A DNA stretch of 40,770 nucleotides, taken from NCBI GenBank assembly GCA_024181965.1, contig BQXS01012765.1:1-40770 (forward strand), given 5' to 3'. The notes under the pieces are model-generated. The model was not told the origin of the DNA. It was given only the letters and a program-made list of their open reading frames with translations, and made no database searches. A program made the translations under genes and the position numbers. The stretch comes from Aduncisulcus paluster (taxonomy: Eukaryota). Positions 1 through 12,551 of this stretch are shown here, piece by piece (position 1 is the stretch's first letter; each line of letters starts with the position of its first letter).

Positions 1-1427
1 CTTATGTCTGCCATGATCATGGAGTCCTTGTGAAGCCGCATGCTTGTGAATCCTCTTTGCATCATAGTGACTTCAAGCCAATCGTTGGATCACGTGCACA
101 CATCCTCAGGGAAGGTGTTGATCGCATCAATATCCCTCGTCTTGCCCAATATTACCGCTCAGTCCTGACGAACAGTATTCAACTTCATCCAGATGCTCTC
201 CCTGAAGCACTTCAGCTTGGACGTGTGTATTGTCTCATGGCATACGAACGCTATGGAGAAGCTATGGATGCACTTCAGGACCTTTCTTGGGCATCGAACC
301 GGCTTAAAGTGTGGCAAAAGCTTGGGGTTGTTCTCAAGAGCTGTGAGACCGAGAAGATGCGATCTGACTTCTTTTCTTCAGAATCTGCCACTTCCTATGC
401 ATATTTGCATTGGCCTGTTCCAAATGCATCTGTATTCAACGTACAGGTCGATGCGATGCTCGCTTTCCTTGACCTGTGTCTTGCAGAGGATGAACCATAT
501 GTAACTCAATGCGTGTCTGCCTGTTATAGAAGGATTCAACCTGTCCGACGTGGTGCCCTTATGGAAGATTCATGGTCCGCATTCTTTGCAGAGTTGTACT
601 CGAATGCGTTCGATGAGGATGATCATGTTCTTGGTGATGCCGAAGGGATTGTTGATGGAGATGCTGCGAGAGATGTGCAACGAAACAAGGCCATGCGTAT
701 TGCCGCTGAATGTGAGGAACGTGTGACATTTAATGTGAAGAAGACAAAGAGTGGCAGCATGTTGCATATTGCAGCCACGAACACGGAAGAAGTGAGTGTT
801 CGCTTGTTCCCTGTTGGCATGGAAACTCTGTTCTCACTCAAGCCTTTCGAGTGTGTTGTGAGTGCTTCTTCCCTCCCTGTGCAATTCCTTCAATCACCAT
901 ATCCTCAACTTGTTATCCATCGAAAGAGTGCCGCGGACAGACGTAATGTTGATGGATTTGTCTTTGCGGATGTTGGCGATGAATCCGTCACGGGCGATGA
1001 TACAGACATTGAGATTGAACAGGTTGATGAGGATGAGGATTACTTTGAACGAGCTGTGTATCTCCCTTCAGAGTTCAACAACCAGAGTGTGATCGTTGAA
1101 GTCGCCTCCAAGAATTGCACTCCCATTGTGAAGGTTGTGTCTTCATGTGCATTGACTTGCACCACAAGGGAGAGGTATGGACAGGTGAGTGTGAATGTGA
1201 CGAGCACTGGAAAGTGTGTGGAATGCTGTTATGTGAAATGCTTTGCAAAGATGCTTGGTGGAGATGTAAAGTTCTATAAAGATGGGTACACTGATCGTCG
1301 TGGTGTGTTTGATTATGCCACTGTGAGTGCCATCCCTCTTGACCAAGTGAGTGAGTTCAGTATCTTGATCAGTCACGCAGAGCTGGGATATGTCATTCTG
1401 AGTGCAAAGCCTCCGAAGCCAGAATGA
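1..1427 (+). CDS. 5'-partial large hypothetical protein ending in a conserved 'YVKxF...FYKDGYTDxRGxFDY' domain
   Basis: Frame 3 is open from base 3 (YVCHDHGVLVKPH...) to TGA at 1425-1427, so the gene starts before the window. The C-terminus YVKCFAKMLGGDVKFYKDGYTDRRGVFDYATVS matches a motif I recall from large uncharacterised bacterial and protist proteins. Confidence 0.8.
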   Translation, partial: YVCHDHGVLVKPHACESSLHHSDFKPIVGSRAHILREGVDRINIPRLAQYYRSVLTNSIQLHPDALPEALQLGRVYCLMAYERYGEAMDALQDLSWASNRLKVWQKLGVVLKSCETEKMRSDFFSSESATSYAYLHWPVPNASVFNVQVDAMLAFLDLCLAEDEPYVTQCVSACYRRIQPVRRGALMEDSWSAFFAELYSNAFDEDDHVLGDAEGIVDGDAARDVQRNKAMRIAAECEERVTFNVKKTKSGSMLHIAATNTEEVSVRLFPVGMETLFSLKPFECVVSASSLPVQFLQSPYPQLVIHRKSAADRRNVDGFVFADVGDESVTGDDTDIEIEQVDEDEDYFERAVYLPSEFNNQSVIVEVASKNCTPIVKVVSSCALTCTTRERYGQVSVNVTSTGKCVECCYVKCFAKMLGGDVKFYKDGYTDRRGVFDYATVSAIPLDQVSEFSILISHAELGYVILSAKPPKPE

Positions 1428-1835
1428 TGATGATGATGATGAATGTCGCACATCCGAATTGAATTGTTCCAACGAGAGATTCCATCATGATTCACGAGAG
1501 ATTGACATCGTTATTATTGTCATTTATTCCTGTTCATGGGTTGTTTGCAAATAGCGCTATTTAATAGCCTGTTTGTATATTCAAAATTGTATATTCAAAA
1601 GAGTATATTGAATTATTAAAGTGTAACTTGAGTAAATGTCAAATGAACTTCATAGTGTTGGCAATGCCTATTAACCATGAGAAACATCACACCACAGTGA
1701 GTTCAATGAACTCAGTTTATCAACCGGGTTGACAACCCAGAGTTTCTGAATCTGCTGATGGCAACGGATGGATTGTAGCATCTGATCTCCAAACAAACAA
1801 ACAAACAAAAAAAAAAAAAAAAACTGAACTGGAAC

Positions 1836-4205
1836 TCAAAAGATCTTACTATTACCAAAACTTCCAAAAGGATTTGAGAAGTCACTTCTCCCACTTGAAA
1901 ACAGTTCCGGGCATTTCAAGTATTGTTCCTCAAATTCTTCTGTTGGAACGGGGATTCCATACCATCCACCGATCGACATACCACAAACACCATAGGAACA
2001 CGATGCAATGTGTCCCACTTCTGGGTAGGACGTGACAACACCACTCTGATACCCGACAAAGAAACTGCCCTGCCTGCCAAAGGAAGGCTGAGAATGATAT
2101 ATTGGAGCGCCAATCAGTTGAAAACACTCTGAGAAACTCAATTCTTTGAATCCTGGCGCACGCAAATGTCTGGGAACATGTTGAATTCCACCAGTAAAGC
2201 CAAAACCACCCATAGTTCCACGAACAAGAGATACTGATGTATCAGATTTGGAGCTTGCGGAACTTTTCCCTTTTTCTTCTTCAATAGGACTTGAAGATTT
2301 TTTGTGGCATTCTTTATCTTCTTCCTAGGGTACAATTCCAAATTGAAATACATAATCTTCAAATATCCTTCCAATAAGCTGATATCCCACCTTAAGCCCG
2401 GGATAGAAAGTGTTCTTCAAGAATTTCTTCATTGAATCTTTACCATNNNNNNNNNNNNNNNNNNNNCCAGTAAAGCCAAAACCACCCATAGTTCCCCGAA
2501 CAAGAGATACTGATGTATCAGATTTGGAGCTTGCGGAACTTTTCCCTTTTTCTTCTTCAATAGGACTTGAAGATTTTTTGTGGCATTCTTTATCTTCTTC
2601 CTTGGGTACAATTCCAAATTGAAATACATAATCTTCAAATATCCTTCCAATAAGCTGATATCCCACCTTAAGCCCGGGATAGAAAGTGTTCTTCAAGAAT
2701 TTCTTCATTGAATCTTTACCATGTGCTTGATAAGCCCAAGGATGCTCTGGAACCCATTGTTCAACGCGAGTGAGTTGTGAAACTCGGTCAGCATCATAAC
2801 ACTCGACAAGTGGGAGAGAAAACTCTTCGAACATCATTTGGGCCACAGGCATTGTCAAGATATATGATTTGGAACTTGGGGAATCAGACAGGAAGAAACT
2901 CATGTTGGTCGAAGAAGAAACGGCAGCATTGAAACAACACTGATAAACGGAATATAATGCCGGAAGAGGAATAAAGACAGAATCCAAAACATTATAGATG
3001 TGTGGAAATGGCTGAGTATGGACGTTTTGAATACACTCTTCGGCCGACACATGTTTATCCATTGTTGTCTCGAGAATACCCTCAAACTTAGATACCGAAT
3101 TAGATATGGCGTTCTCATAATTCGGAGTTGGAGCAATTACCTTTGTTTTGACGATAACGCAATGTGAAAGAGGGCACGTTTCAACAACTGAATTGTTTAG
3201 AGCCCTAATAACATGTCCGGAAATAGTCATGGAAGGAGTATCGGATGCCGAAGCAATGTCAGAAAGTGTGGCTGCTGAAGGCAGGTCAAACTCAATAAGA
3301 GCCCAAGATGTTCCAAGAACAACTCTGTATTTGGATGGATATGACGCTACAGAACTAGATATTGAGGAAATTGGAGATGGGGATGGAACAGAGGGATGAT
3401 CTTCAGGAGAAAAAGGAACCAGAACCATGGAAGAAATGCCAGACCATCCAATATTATCACCAGTCGATTCGTCATTAACTATTACATTAATAACTTTATC
3501 ACCACCACGGGGAAGAACAAAAAACCCATCTGAGTGACTGATAACATCAATAGAATGATCTTGACTCGAGCATGATGCTATAATACAGTTTCTCGAAAAA
3601 TCAATAGGAGGACTGATGCAATAGGTAGAAAACCACCTTTCAGCTTCTTCAAAGTTGGCTCTTGAATAATCTTGCCATTGATCATGGTCAAGATCCTCTT
3701 GAGCCTTAAATACGGGAAGAGAGACCATTTTCTCGAATGGAATGGCTAAAAATTGTTGTCTCCATTTTCCCATCAATCTTCCGTCACATAATCTTCCAAA
3801 AATAGTTATTGTATGATTTTTAATGGCAGATACTGGAGTGAGAGATCGAGCATCAAAATCAAGAGAGAAAGCAACATGGGACTCAGTATTTACGGAAGAC
3901 CACTGATCTATTCTTTTATAAGTGAATTTTCCCACAATATAAAACATTCCATCTGGTCCAATAAAAGAGAAATCAATTTTCGAAACACAGACTCCATTTT
4001 CTGGATCGCTCGAAGTTGCTGGGCAAAAATTAAACACTCTGCCATCAGAAGTTGTAAAAACGGCATTTCTATATGTTACAACTCGTTTAACGGGGTCTAA
4101 CGAATCCCAGACAATAGGATTCCAACTTGAAGCTTCTGAATTAAATGAGGAGGTATGGGGTGTCTGAATAAATTGTGGAAGATATTGAAGAAGATATAAT
4201 GGCAT
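1836..4205 (-). CDS. hypothetical protein, ~697 aa after collapsing the gap duplication
   Basis: ORFs 2325..4205 and 1836..2213 join through the duplicated segment (2191-2446 = 2467-2722); removing 276 bp and using the AAG-containing copy gives 698 uninterrupted codons. No family recognised. Confidence 0.7.
2191..2722. repeat. 256-bp direct duplication flanking a 20-N gap (scaffolding artefact)
   Basis: 2191-2446 and 2467-2722 match except at 2220/2496 and 2327/2603; Ns at 2447-2466. Confidence 0.9.
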
Positions 4206-4477
4206 CCGTTATATATTGATAGCAAAGAAAACAGCACAAGGATGAATTTTGATCTACATGACCAAAGATGATCATGTACTACATGGTCGATTATTAAATA
4301 GTTAAAAACAATAATTTTTCTATTATATGCGGAATAAATTCTTTTAAGAAATGCATCAATTTATGATCTTCAAGTTGAAGAAAGAAAATAGTCAGTTTAC
4401 TACAAAAAATTCAAAACTATCATTAAACATTTCGGTTGTGAAAAGGAGCAATGCTCCAAAATATTCCAAGAAGTAAC

Positions 4478-7400
4478 CTATTCTTTCTTTTCTTCCTCCT
4501 TTTCTTCTTCTTTTGGAGGAGTAGGAGTAGATACGGGGGTAGCACTAGCCTTGTCCTCTTCTTCCACATATCCACCAATCTTTCCACACCACATCTTGAC
4601 ATCCCACATGGAGTCTTGCTCTCCACTCTCGGCATATTCTTCTTCACGACCAACGTGTTGTTGATACCAATCACGCACCCAGAGAACAAGACGTTTCACA
4701 CGCTCAAACTCTAATTTGGTGGCAGTTTCGATAACACTAGCAGCAGTAAAAGAGGAACAAGAAGCGCCAAACATAGACTTGTATAGTTCACGGTTAGTCT
4801 TGTAAGTAAGAGCAACAGAAAGAGCAGAAGAGACATGAGTCATGGCTGTTCCAAAGAATACACGCGACTCAGAATCCTTTGAGAGAGATGTTCCGGGGTG
4901 GGCGAACAACAAGAGAGCAACAACAAGCCATAACAATCCACCACTCTTGGCGAGCATTGTCTTGTTTTTCTTTTTCCTGGAGATGGATGTGATGATGCTT
5001 GCGAGCCCATCACGCTCAGTGCCACGAAGATCTTCTTTCTCTGGCTCTCCCCAACCCATAGCACACAACTGGCAGAGGTTGAGAACTTCAACAATATCCA
5101 TACCATCCTCAACATCTGTCTGGTAACAACGGTTGAGAGCAACAATTCCAACACGAATAACCATATCGAACAAGGGCATAGGATCAGGAGAATGCAGGAA
5201 ACGAATGTCACTGACTTTCTCAGAAACACCCCAAGCGGATCTAAAAATAGATTCATAAAATTGTTCATAGAATCCCAGCTTCTCCCAAGCACCAGCCTCT
5301 CTTGAAGCTTCAGTCTTCTCCTCTTCCTTCATCTTGTTCTTTATAATACGTCCCATGACACCCAGTGTGGACACTTGAGTGAGCATCCTGAGCATAACCT
5401 TACGGAGTTCATCAACGGTCGAGCTTGTCACAAGGCCAGAACGTACCCGAAGAATCCAACACACACAACGGAGGGCAGAAGTGAGCTTAAAGGCAACAAG
5501 AGAGAGAGGAAGAGTGTCGCGAAGAGACATATTGACTTGTTTGCGAAGAAGTTGAGTCATCTTGGGAATCAATGTACACAAATCATTCAACATTTGTTCG
5601 TGGTTAACATCAATTTCCACCTCTTCCTCGTCAGCACTTTCCTTGAGCATAGCATCTTCATCCAGAGCTCCAAGGAAACGTTCTTTGGCAGAGGCATCAG
5701 CCAACATCGTGGAGACGAACACCTTGCAGACCTTCAAAAGATGGACGGAGCTGTTGTGAGGAACACCCTTGAAAGAAGTGAATGGGAAAGGAGGCAGGTA
5801 AGAGGAAGACCCAGGTCCACGAGACCCAGACTTTCCAATCCATCCCATTGACTCCCAGAGACTCTTGAGCAACTCCTCGCCAAGGAGGAAATTGAAACTG
5901 TCACATCGCTGTCCCTCATCCCAAACAACATTGGCATTCACCTTGGATGAAGCAAACTTGGAGTAAGCATGCTGGCCAATCTTGACAAGAATCTTTCCAC
6001 TTCGGTTCCCCATAAATGAGTTCAAGGCAGATTCAGCGGATGGGTTTGAGATGGTGACAATTTCAACCCAATTCTTCCCATGTAACTCAGAGTCATTCTT
6101 CCTCTTTGATCTCTCAAGATCCATGGCTTTCTTCGCATTACCAACGATTAGTTTCAGGTAAGAGTCGTACAAAAGCTTTCCAATGGCCTGTTTAGTGATC
6201 TTATCATCATGGCTCACGCATCGACAAGCCTCAGCAAGACTCACACATCCATAGACACAGCAAGCATTAACAAGATGGGCAGACACGAGGGAAGGGAGGA
6301 GAAGAGGGGAAGGTCTGACAGACGTAACAGGGGATTTCTTGGCAACTGGGGGTGAAGAGGGACTTTTGGTCGGCACATCTTCCTCTAACTCATCCATTAG
6401 CATTCCATCAAGCTCTTCTTCCTCGGCCTTCTTCCTGAGATCCTCTGGAGAAACGGTAGGGGTTTCATCAGATGTATCAGAAGAGGCAATGAATTCATTC
6501 AAATAGTGCGACATGAACACACAAAGGGACACAGCAGTGATTCCACCACGCTTCACACACATGTCCTCAGCGGAGGAGCATCCTTCACGGATAACACGGG
6601 CAAAGAGCTCGAGGGAGAGACGAACAGCAAGGAGAGCATCATTGGGGCTGACGGCAACAGAGGGATCAAAGGTTGTGAGCATTGAACCCTTGGAATCGAA
6701 CACACTGGCGAGAACTCTTGAGAAGTGATCGTTGGGAAGAGGTTTAGGGAAGCATAAAGGTTGATGAGTATCAGCAATCTCATCTCCCTTCTTTCTCTTC
6801 GCAAGACCCTTCGCACGCATATCCTCATATACTTGGGCTGGGTTGATCCTATAAATGTGACAGAGAGTGATACAAATCATAACGGAACGCTTGAGAATGA
6901 CGTCGAGACAAGTGCAGATCATCTCATCGACAACGCGACATTCAGAAAGACTCAAAAAGAGTTTCAAAATATGATTGTACATTCTGATTGGAGTACCAAC
7001 ACTACAAACGGACTTCATGGCATTGGTTGCAGCCTCCTTGTTACGCTCATCGACAGAATCGCTACGATCAACATCAGCACGCCCGCTAGTGAGTATTTGT
7101 TCGATCTGAGGGGTTCTCTTGATTGTTTGCTCAACAACGTCACGGTGTGCATCAATGCAGTGGAGTACAATCTGGGAGAAAAGATTCGACAAATTATCAT
7201 ATTCGTTCAACTTATGCTGATAGTCCTCTGATATAGAGGGGGGGGAGAGAGAAGCGAGAGATGAGACGTCCATTTGTCTTCTAACCTCCCAAACAAGCTC
7301 TCTTTCTTCACGACCAAGAGGAGACATGGGAGAGACCATTCGAGAGGAGTTGATGCAGACACCTTTGATGAGACTACCAACCTCATCGGCAGTGAGTTCA

Positions 7401-10400
7401 ACGAAACTTTCATCGTCTTCCTTTCGGATTTCAGACCCAGAATCACGTGCCTTACGCTGTTTATCAAGTTGTTCGAGAAGAGGAGTCAAATAGTAAGGAG
7501 AAATGTACACTTCTTTCTTAGTGCGGACAAAAGCACACTTGATGCCCTTGATGGCTTCACGGACATCCCATTGGAGTTCAGCGTCTTCAGAGTGAGCTTC
7601 TTCATAGTTAAACACACCATCAGCGATCAATCCCTTCACGTGGGCCTGGTTAACCTGGAGACAAGAACGAAGCTCTTTCCTCATTTCGGGAGTGAATATG
7701 AGACGAGGCATAACAATGGCACTCGGAGTGTTGAAAACAGAAAGGAAGGAGGATGAGTCTCCTCTGCTCTTGTTCTTGGCGTTCTCGAGTACACTGTCAA
7801 CAAGAGCAAGACGAAGGGCTTCTCCCATCACATTCTTACACCACACACGAGCGTTGGAGCACATTTCCATCGTGCAGACACAGATAAGCTCACAGACAGA
7901 CTCGCATTCGAGTTCACCCTCGATCACACCACACATGTGACCAATCATTCCAACGAGACCTCCACGCATGAAGAAAAGGGCAGGGAGGGAGGAAGGGTCG
8001 AATGTTGTGGAAGATGAAGAGGTACCAGAGTGATGGTGGTCACTGGGATCACTCAAAAGGGCAGCCTTCCCTTCAAGGATCCTTCTCATGTTATCTCTTC
8101 CAACAGAATGTCTAATAATCTCTCCAAGGACTCGGATGGCACTATTAGCACATGAACGTGAGGCGTGATCATTGAGAGAGGACAGAAGGAGCTGTGATAT
8201 CCGGGTGACATAGAGAGGCAACAAATGGCCATGAGTACAGGTCAATGGGGCAACACAAGAAAGGGAGGAGAAGGAGGCGAAATCACGTTTGAGAATATCA
8301 AATCTACGTTCACTCTCTTTGAGGGTGAAGTAAGTTCCGTTCAAACATTTCATCATGATTTGACAAACAATCCCAGCATCACTGAAGGCTCCAGCACCCC
8401 ACACACCGACTTTAACATCAATATTACTCAAATACATGCACATAACCTCAAAAACAAAGCTGGTGGTTGCGGTATTAACATTGTCGAGCCGGCTATCATC
8501 GTTTTTGGGCGGTGTCATGGTATGAAGCAAGAGATCAAGGATCTTGGATGTGAACGTGGTTGTGAGTTCAGAAGACATTGGAGAAGTACTAGGTCTGCCA
8601 GTCTTTCCATCAGAATAAGCAATTANNNNNNNNNNNNNNNNNNNNACTTTAACATCAATATTACTCAAATACATGCACATAACCTCAAAAACAAAGCTGG
8701 TGGTTGCGGTATTAACATTGTCGAGCCGGCTATCATCGTTTTTGGGCGGTGTCATGGTATGAAGCAAGAGATCAAGGATCTTGGATGTGAACGTGGTTGT
8801 GAGTTCAGAAGACATTGGAGAAGTACTAGGTCTGCCAGTCTTTCCATCAGAATAAGCAATTAATCTCTCCTCCCAAGCACACATGAGAAGTGCGATCAAG
8901 GCACCGTAGCATTTGAAACTACCCAAACCAGCATCATTTTTATGGCTATCGTGTGTAAACAAGTGGGTGAGTGTATCAATAACACACTCAAGACGAACGA
9001 CACTACCGTATCTCTCGAACACACTCACTTCACGGGCCTCGGGCAAAAGGTAATCCTGGCATTCAGTCGTTGTTGTTGTGCTAACAGTGGAGCGGCCAAC
9101 AGATGATGATTTGGAAGCGGAAGGATCGGCACCCTCAGTGACACCAGTAAGTCCAGTCATAGTCATTCCAGTGGCAGAGTTCCCAGCACCAATTCCATAT
9201 GGACTGTAGATGAGCTGGTGCATGAGTTGTTGAGTCAAAGTCTGAGGGAGGGATCCCTTGGATGCATGGTCATCAACGATTGTACGGGCACAATAGGCAA
9301 TGAAACGGTTGACAGAGGAGATAAAGGATGATGTGTTCTTCAGTTTGGTTGCAGGGTTCTTGTTGAACACATCAATGAACACCCCACCAAGGGAGAACTG
9401 AGCTCCAAAGGCACCATAGTTCACAGGATACGGAGGGAATGCATTGACAGAAGGGGACACTTCAGTGAAGTATGTTTCAGGGTGGGATAACACAACACCT
9501 AGATGACGCTCAGTCACAGTCACAGTTGAGGCAGAGAGACTTGCGGCAACAGAATCCCCAGCTTCGCCTCTAGATCCGAATATCTTCTTGAATCCAGATG
9601 AGAGGAGTCCTTTCTTGCTCGTGTCAACTCCTTTCACCTTGTTCCTTACGATCGTCATGAAATACTCGGCCTTTCCTTTCTCTTTGGCAACCTCAAGAAG
9701 AGGATTGACGGCAGACTCAAGCTGAGACATCAAAGAGTCATACATGAGCTTGTTCCACACAAACTCTGGGGTCTCAGTGTGGTGGTGAGCAAGGGACCCA
9801 AGCTGGGCACATCCAGTCGCAGCGACTTCTTCGGCAAGGGAAGGTGGGAGGAAGAAGGCCATGTAGTTTGGAATATCCTTCCTTTCACACTTCCACATGT
9901 CAGGACCCTCAGTAGCAGAGTTGCTTGAAGAATCGACAACAACACAACTCTGTTGCTTGAGACAAATGTGACGTAACAATGTGTTTGTGGACTCTGTGAA
10001 GCCAAATCTAAGAACACGGTAGATAAGACATTCGAACACACCGAAACGATGGATAATAGGAAGGTAATCGGGGGAATGTTGAAGAGCATGGAACAGGAGC
10101 ATGCAGCAGACATTGTGGAGTGATTCATATTGGGAAACAATTCCATAAATGAGGAGAGCAAGGTTGTGGGGCATCAAGNNNNNNNNNNNNNNNNNNNNGC
10201 TTGAGACAAATGTGACGTAACAATGTGTTTGTGGACTCTGTGAAGCCAAATCTAAGAACACGGTAGATAAGACATTCGAACACACCGAAACGATGGATAA
10301 TAGGAAGGTAATCGGGGGAATGTTGAAGAGCATGGAACAGGAGCATGCAGCAGACATTGTGGAGTGATTCATATTGGGAAACAATTCCATAAATGAGGAG

Positions 10401-12551
10401 AGCAAGGTTGTGGGGCATCAAGACAATTCTATACAAACGAATCATTGTGTCACAGAGAACTCTGGCAACAGTAACCATGGATGTGGCAACACCAGCCTCA
10501 CAGGGAATCTTATCCCAGAAAACCTGTGGACAGTAGGACAATAGAGCGGAAATACCACGGTGTTTGACAAAACTCACGACACAACGCATCCTAACGCCGT
10601 CGAGACCTTCGGGGAGGATGGAGAGAGATGTCTGGTTTAAGGGGTAGATGGGGGAAGGCATGAGGGCTTGCTGATGCCCAAGCATGCCCTGGGGAGGGAT
10701 AGACCAACCCACAGGACATGCCAGACGCAGTAACATGCGTTCACACCATACAGCAACGTCACGGGTGGTTCGGAGAGGAGTGATGAGGCTGACCATGTAG
10801 TTCATAACATCTTCAACTTCAGGGAGCACAGAGATGGGATCTATGTTGATGAGATGGTACATGCATTCGATGCACACGGCAACAACACTGGCATCAACAT
10901 CAGAGGCCGAGGCTGAGAAGAGAAGGGAGAACAACCTGCTCAGTGTGGACAAGGATAAAATATCATTCAAATGAGCAGATGGGACAACACACATCTCGGG
11001 GGAAACCATGGAACGATCGAGAAGACCGGACAGGGCAGCCAGAGAAGCCATGGTGGAGGCAGAGGAGGTTGAAGAGCTTCCAGGGGACACGGAGCTGGCC
11101 TCAGCGCTTGAGGCAGAGAGAAGTTCTTTTACACGGATTCCATTGCTTTCCATTGCCATCTCACGTTCACGCTGAGCCTCACGAAGGGCAGGCAAGAGGT
11201 GTTTAAGGTAGAAAGGACCAGCCATTGGGTGAATATCAAGAGATGGGAACGAAACGATCATTTCTTTGTACTTAAAGACACCTTCATTCTTGTCGATCTC
11301 GGTTTCTTCGACTTCAAGAGCACGGACAATGTCACGGAACACAGTCTGGGTGTAAATGAGAGAAGGAGAGTGAATAGGTGGATTATCAATGCTGTGGAAG
11401 AGATATTTCCAGTTGTAACGCTCAAATCCATCACATCCATTGGGAGTACATTTCATTAAATCCTTGAAACGAGCAAATTCTTCCTTGGTTCCCATTTTTT
11501 TGAATGTAAGAAACTCTTCTTCGCCAATTGTAATGTTTGATGGCATCATTCCTTCTTCCATGGGTGCAGGACGACCAGTGGAAGCAACTCCAGCACAAAG
11601 ACGTTGATGCAAGCCAAGGGGCAACAATTTCCTCAAAATATCGTGGATATTGATTGGATTTCCATCACAAAGGATTCCAAATGTACGTCTACAGGCGTCA
11701 CGGACGGCAGGGTCGCAATGAACAAGAGAATGTTTGAATAACTTGATAATGTATCCGCCATCTCTAGCTTGAGTCTGAAATTTGACGAAATCTTGCATTG
11801 GAATGTTCATGCACACAGCAGAAATGGCATTTGCACCACTAACGACTAGATTGTCAACAACTTCAGAAGGGCTTGAGGCAAGGGTTCTTGGTGGCCAAAT
11901 GTATGAAAATAGGAGTGTCATGTTACTTTTGAGTAAGGAAGTGATGGATTCCTGGAGAGAAATGGGGGAAGTTTCATCTCCATGAGTAATGATCATTGTG
12001 AGGAATTGACACATGGTAGCCATGAGAGATCCAGCAGAATCCTCTTCTAGATGAGCATACTTATCGAATATCTTCTCAATTAGACCGTAACCATGCTGAT
12101 TGGTGAAAAAGGTGGTTTTAGCAACAGTTTCTTGTTTCTTCACCTTCTTGGTCTCCTTTGACAGAGGAAAGTTCCCAAACATTGACTTTTCAAGAACTTT
12201 AAGGGTTTCAATAATAACGTGAGGTGAGGCGTGTTGGAGAGATTTAACAACTGGAGAAAATCCGTGCTTGCTCCCAGCGATGAAAAGGAAGAAATGTTTG
12301 TTTAAAAGAAAGTTCTGAAGAATTTTTAAAATCTGTACACTTTCCTCTACAGATTGATCCTCGTCTTTTCTGGATATTTCTTCGATGTCGAACAATATAC
12401 AATCAAGAACACCTTTATCCTTATAGCTCCACCTTTCCATCTTCAATAAAACCTCATTAACAGGTGGAAGGGCTTCGTCCCATGTCATTTTCCCCTTTTT
12501 ATAAGAAGCGAGCAGCTTTTGCATATCTTTAGGGATCTGGCGATCAGACAT
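4478..12551 (-). CDS. RME-8/DNAJC13-like IWN-repeat alpha-solenoid protein, ~2530 aa
   Basis: ORFs 10125..12551 and 4478..10405 fuse after removing gap duplications of 244 and 237 bp (7593 nt = 2531 codons). RME-8-like motifs: NWKYLF..HSPSLIYTQ..DIVRALEVE..FPSL..MAGPFYLKHLL, and ETPEFVWN..FSLGGVFIDVFNKNP..LKN. Confidence 0.75.
8409..8862. repeat. 217-bp duplication flanking a 20-N gap (artefact)
   Basis: 8409-8625 = 8646-8862; Ns at 8626-8645. Confidence 0.9.
9955..10422. repeat. 224-bp duplication flanking a 20-N gap (artefact)
   Basis: 9955-10178 = 10199-10422; Ns at 10179-10198. Confidence 0.9.

Noticed and set aside
1425-1442. (TGA)6 run at the stop codon, suggesting selenocysteine read-through
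   Set aside because: It follows the natural end of the conserved domain and looks like a simple microsatellite; no clear SECIS seen.
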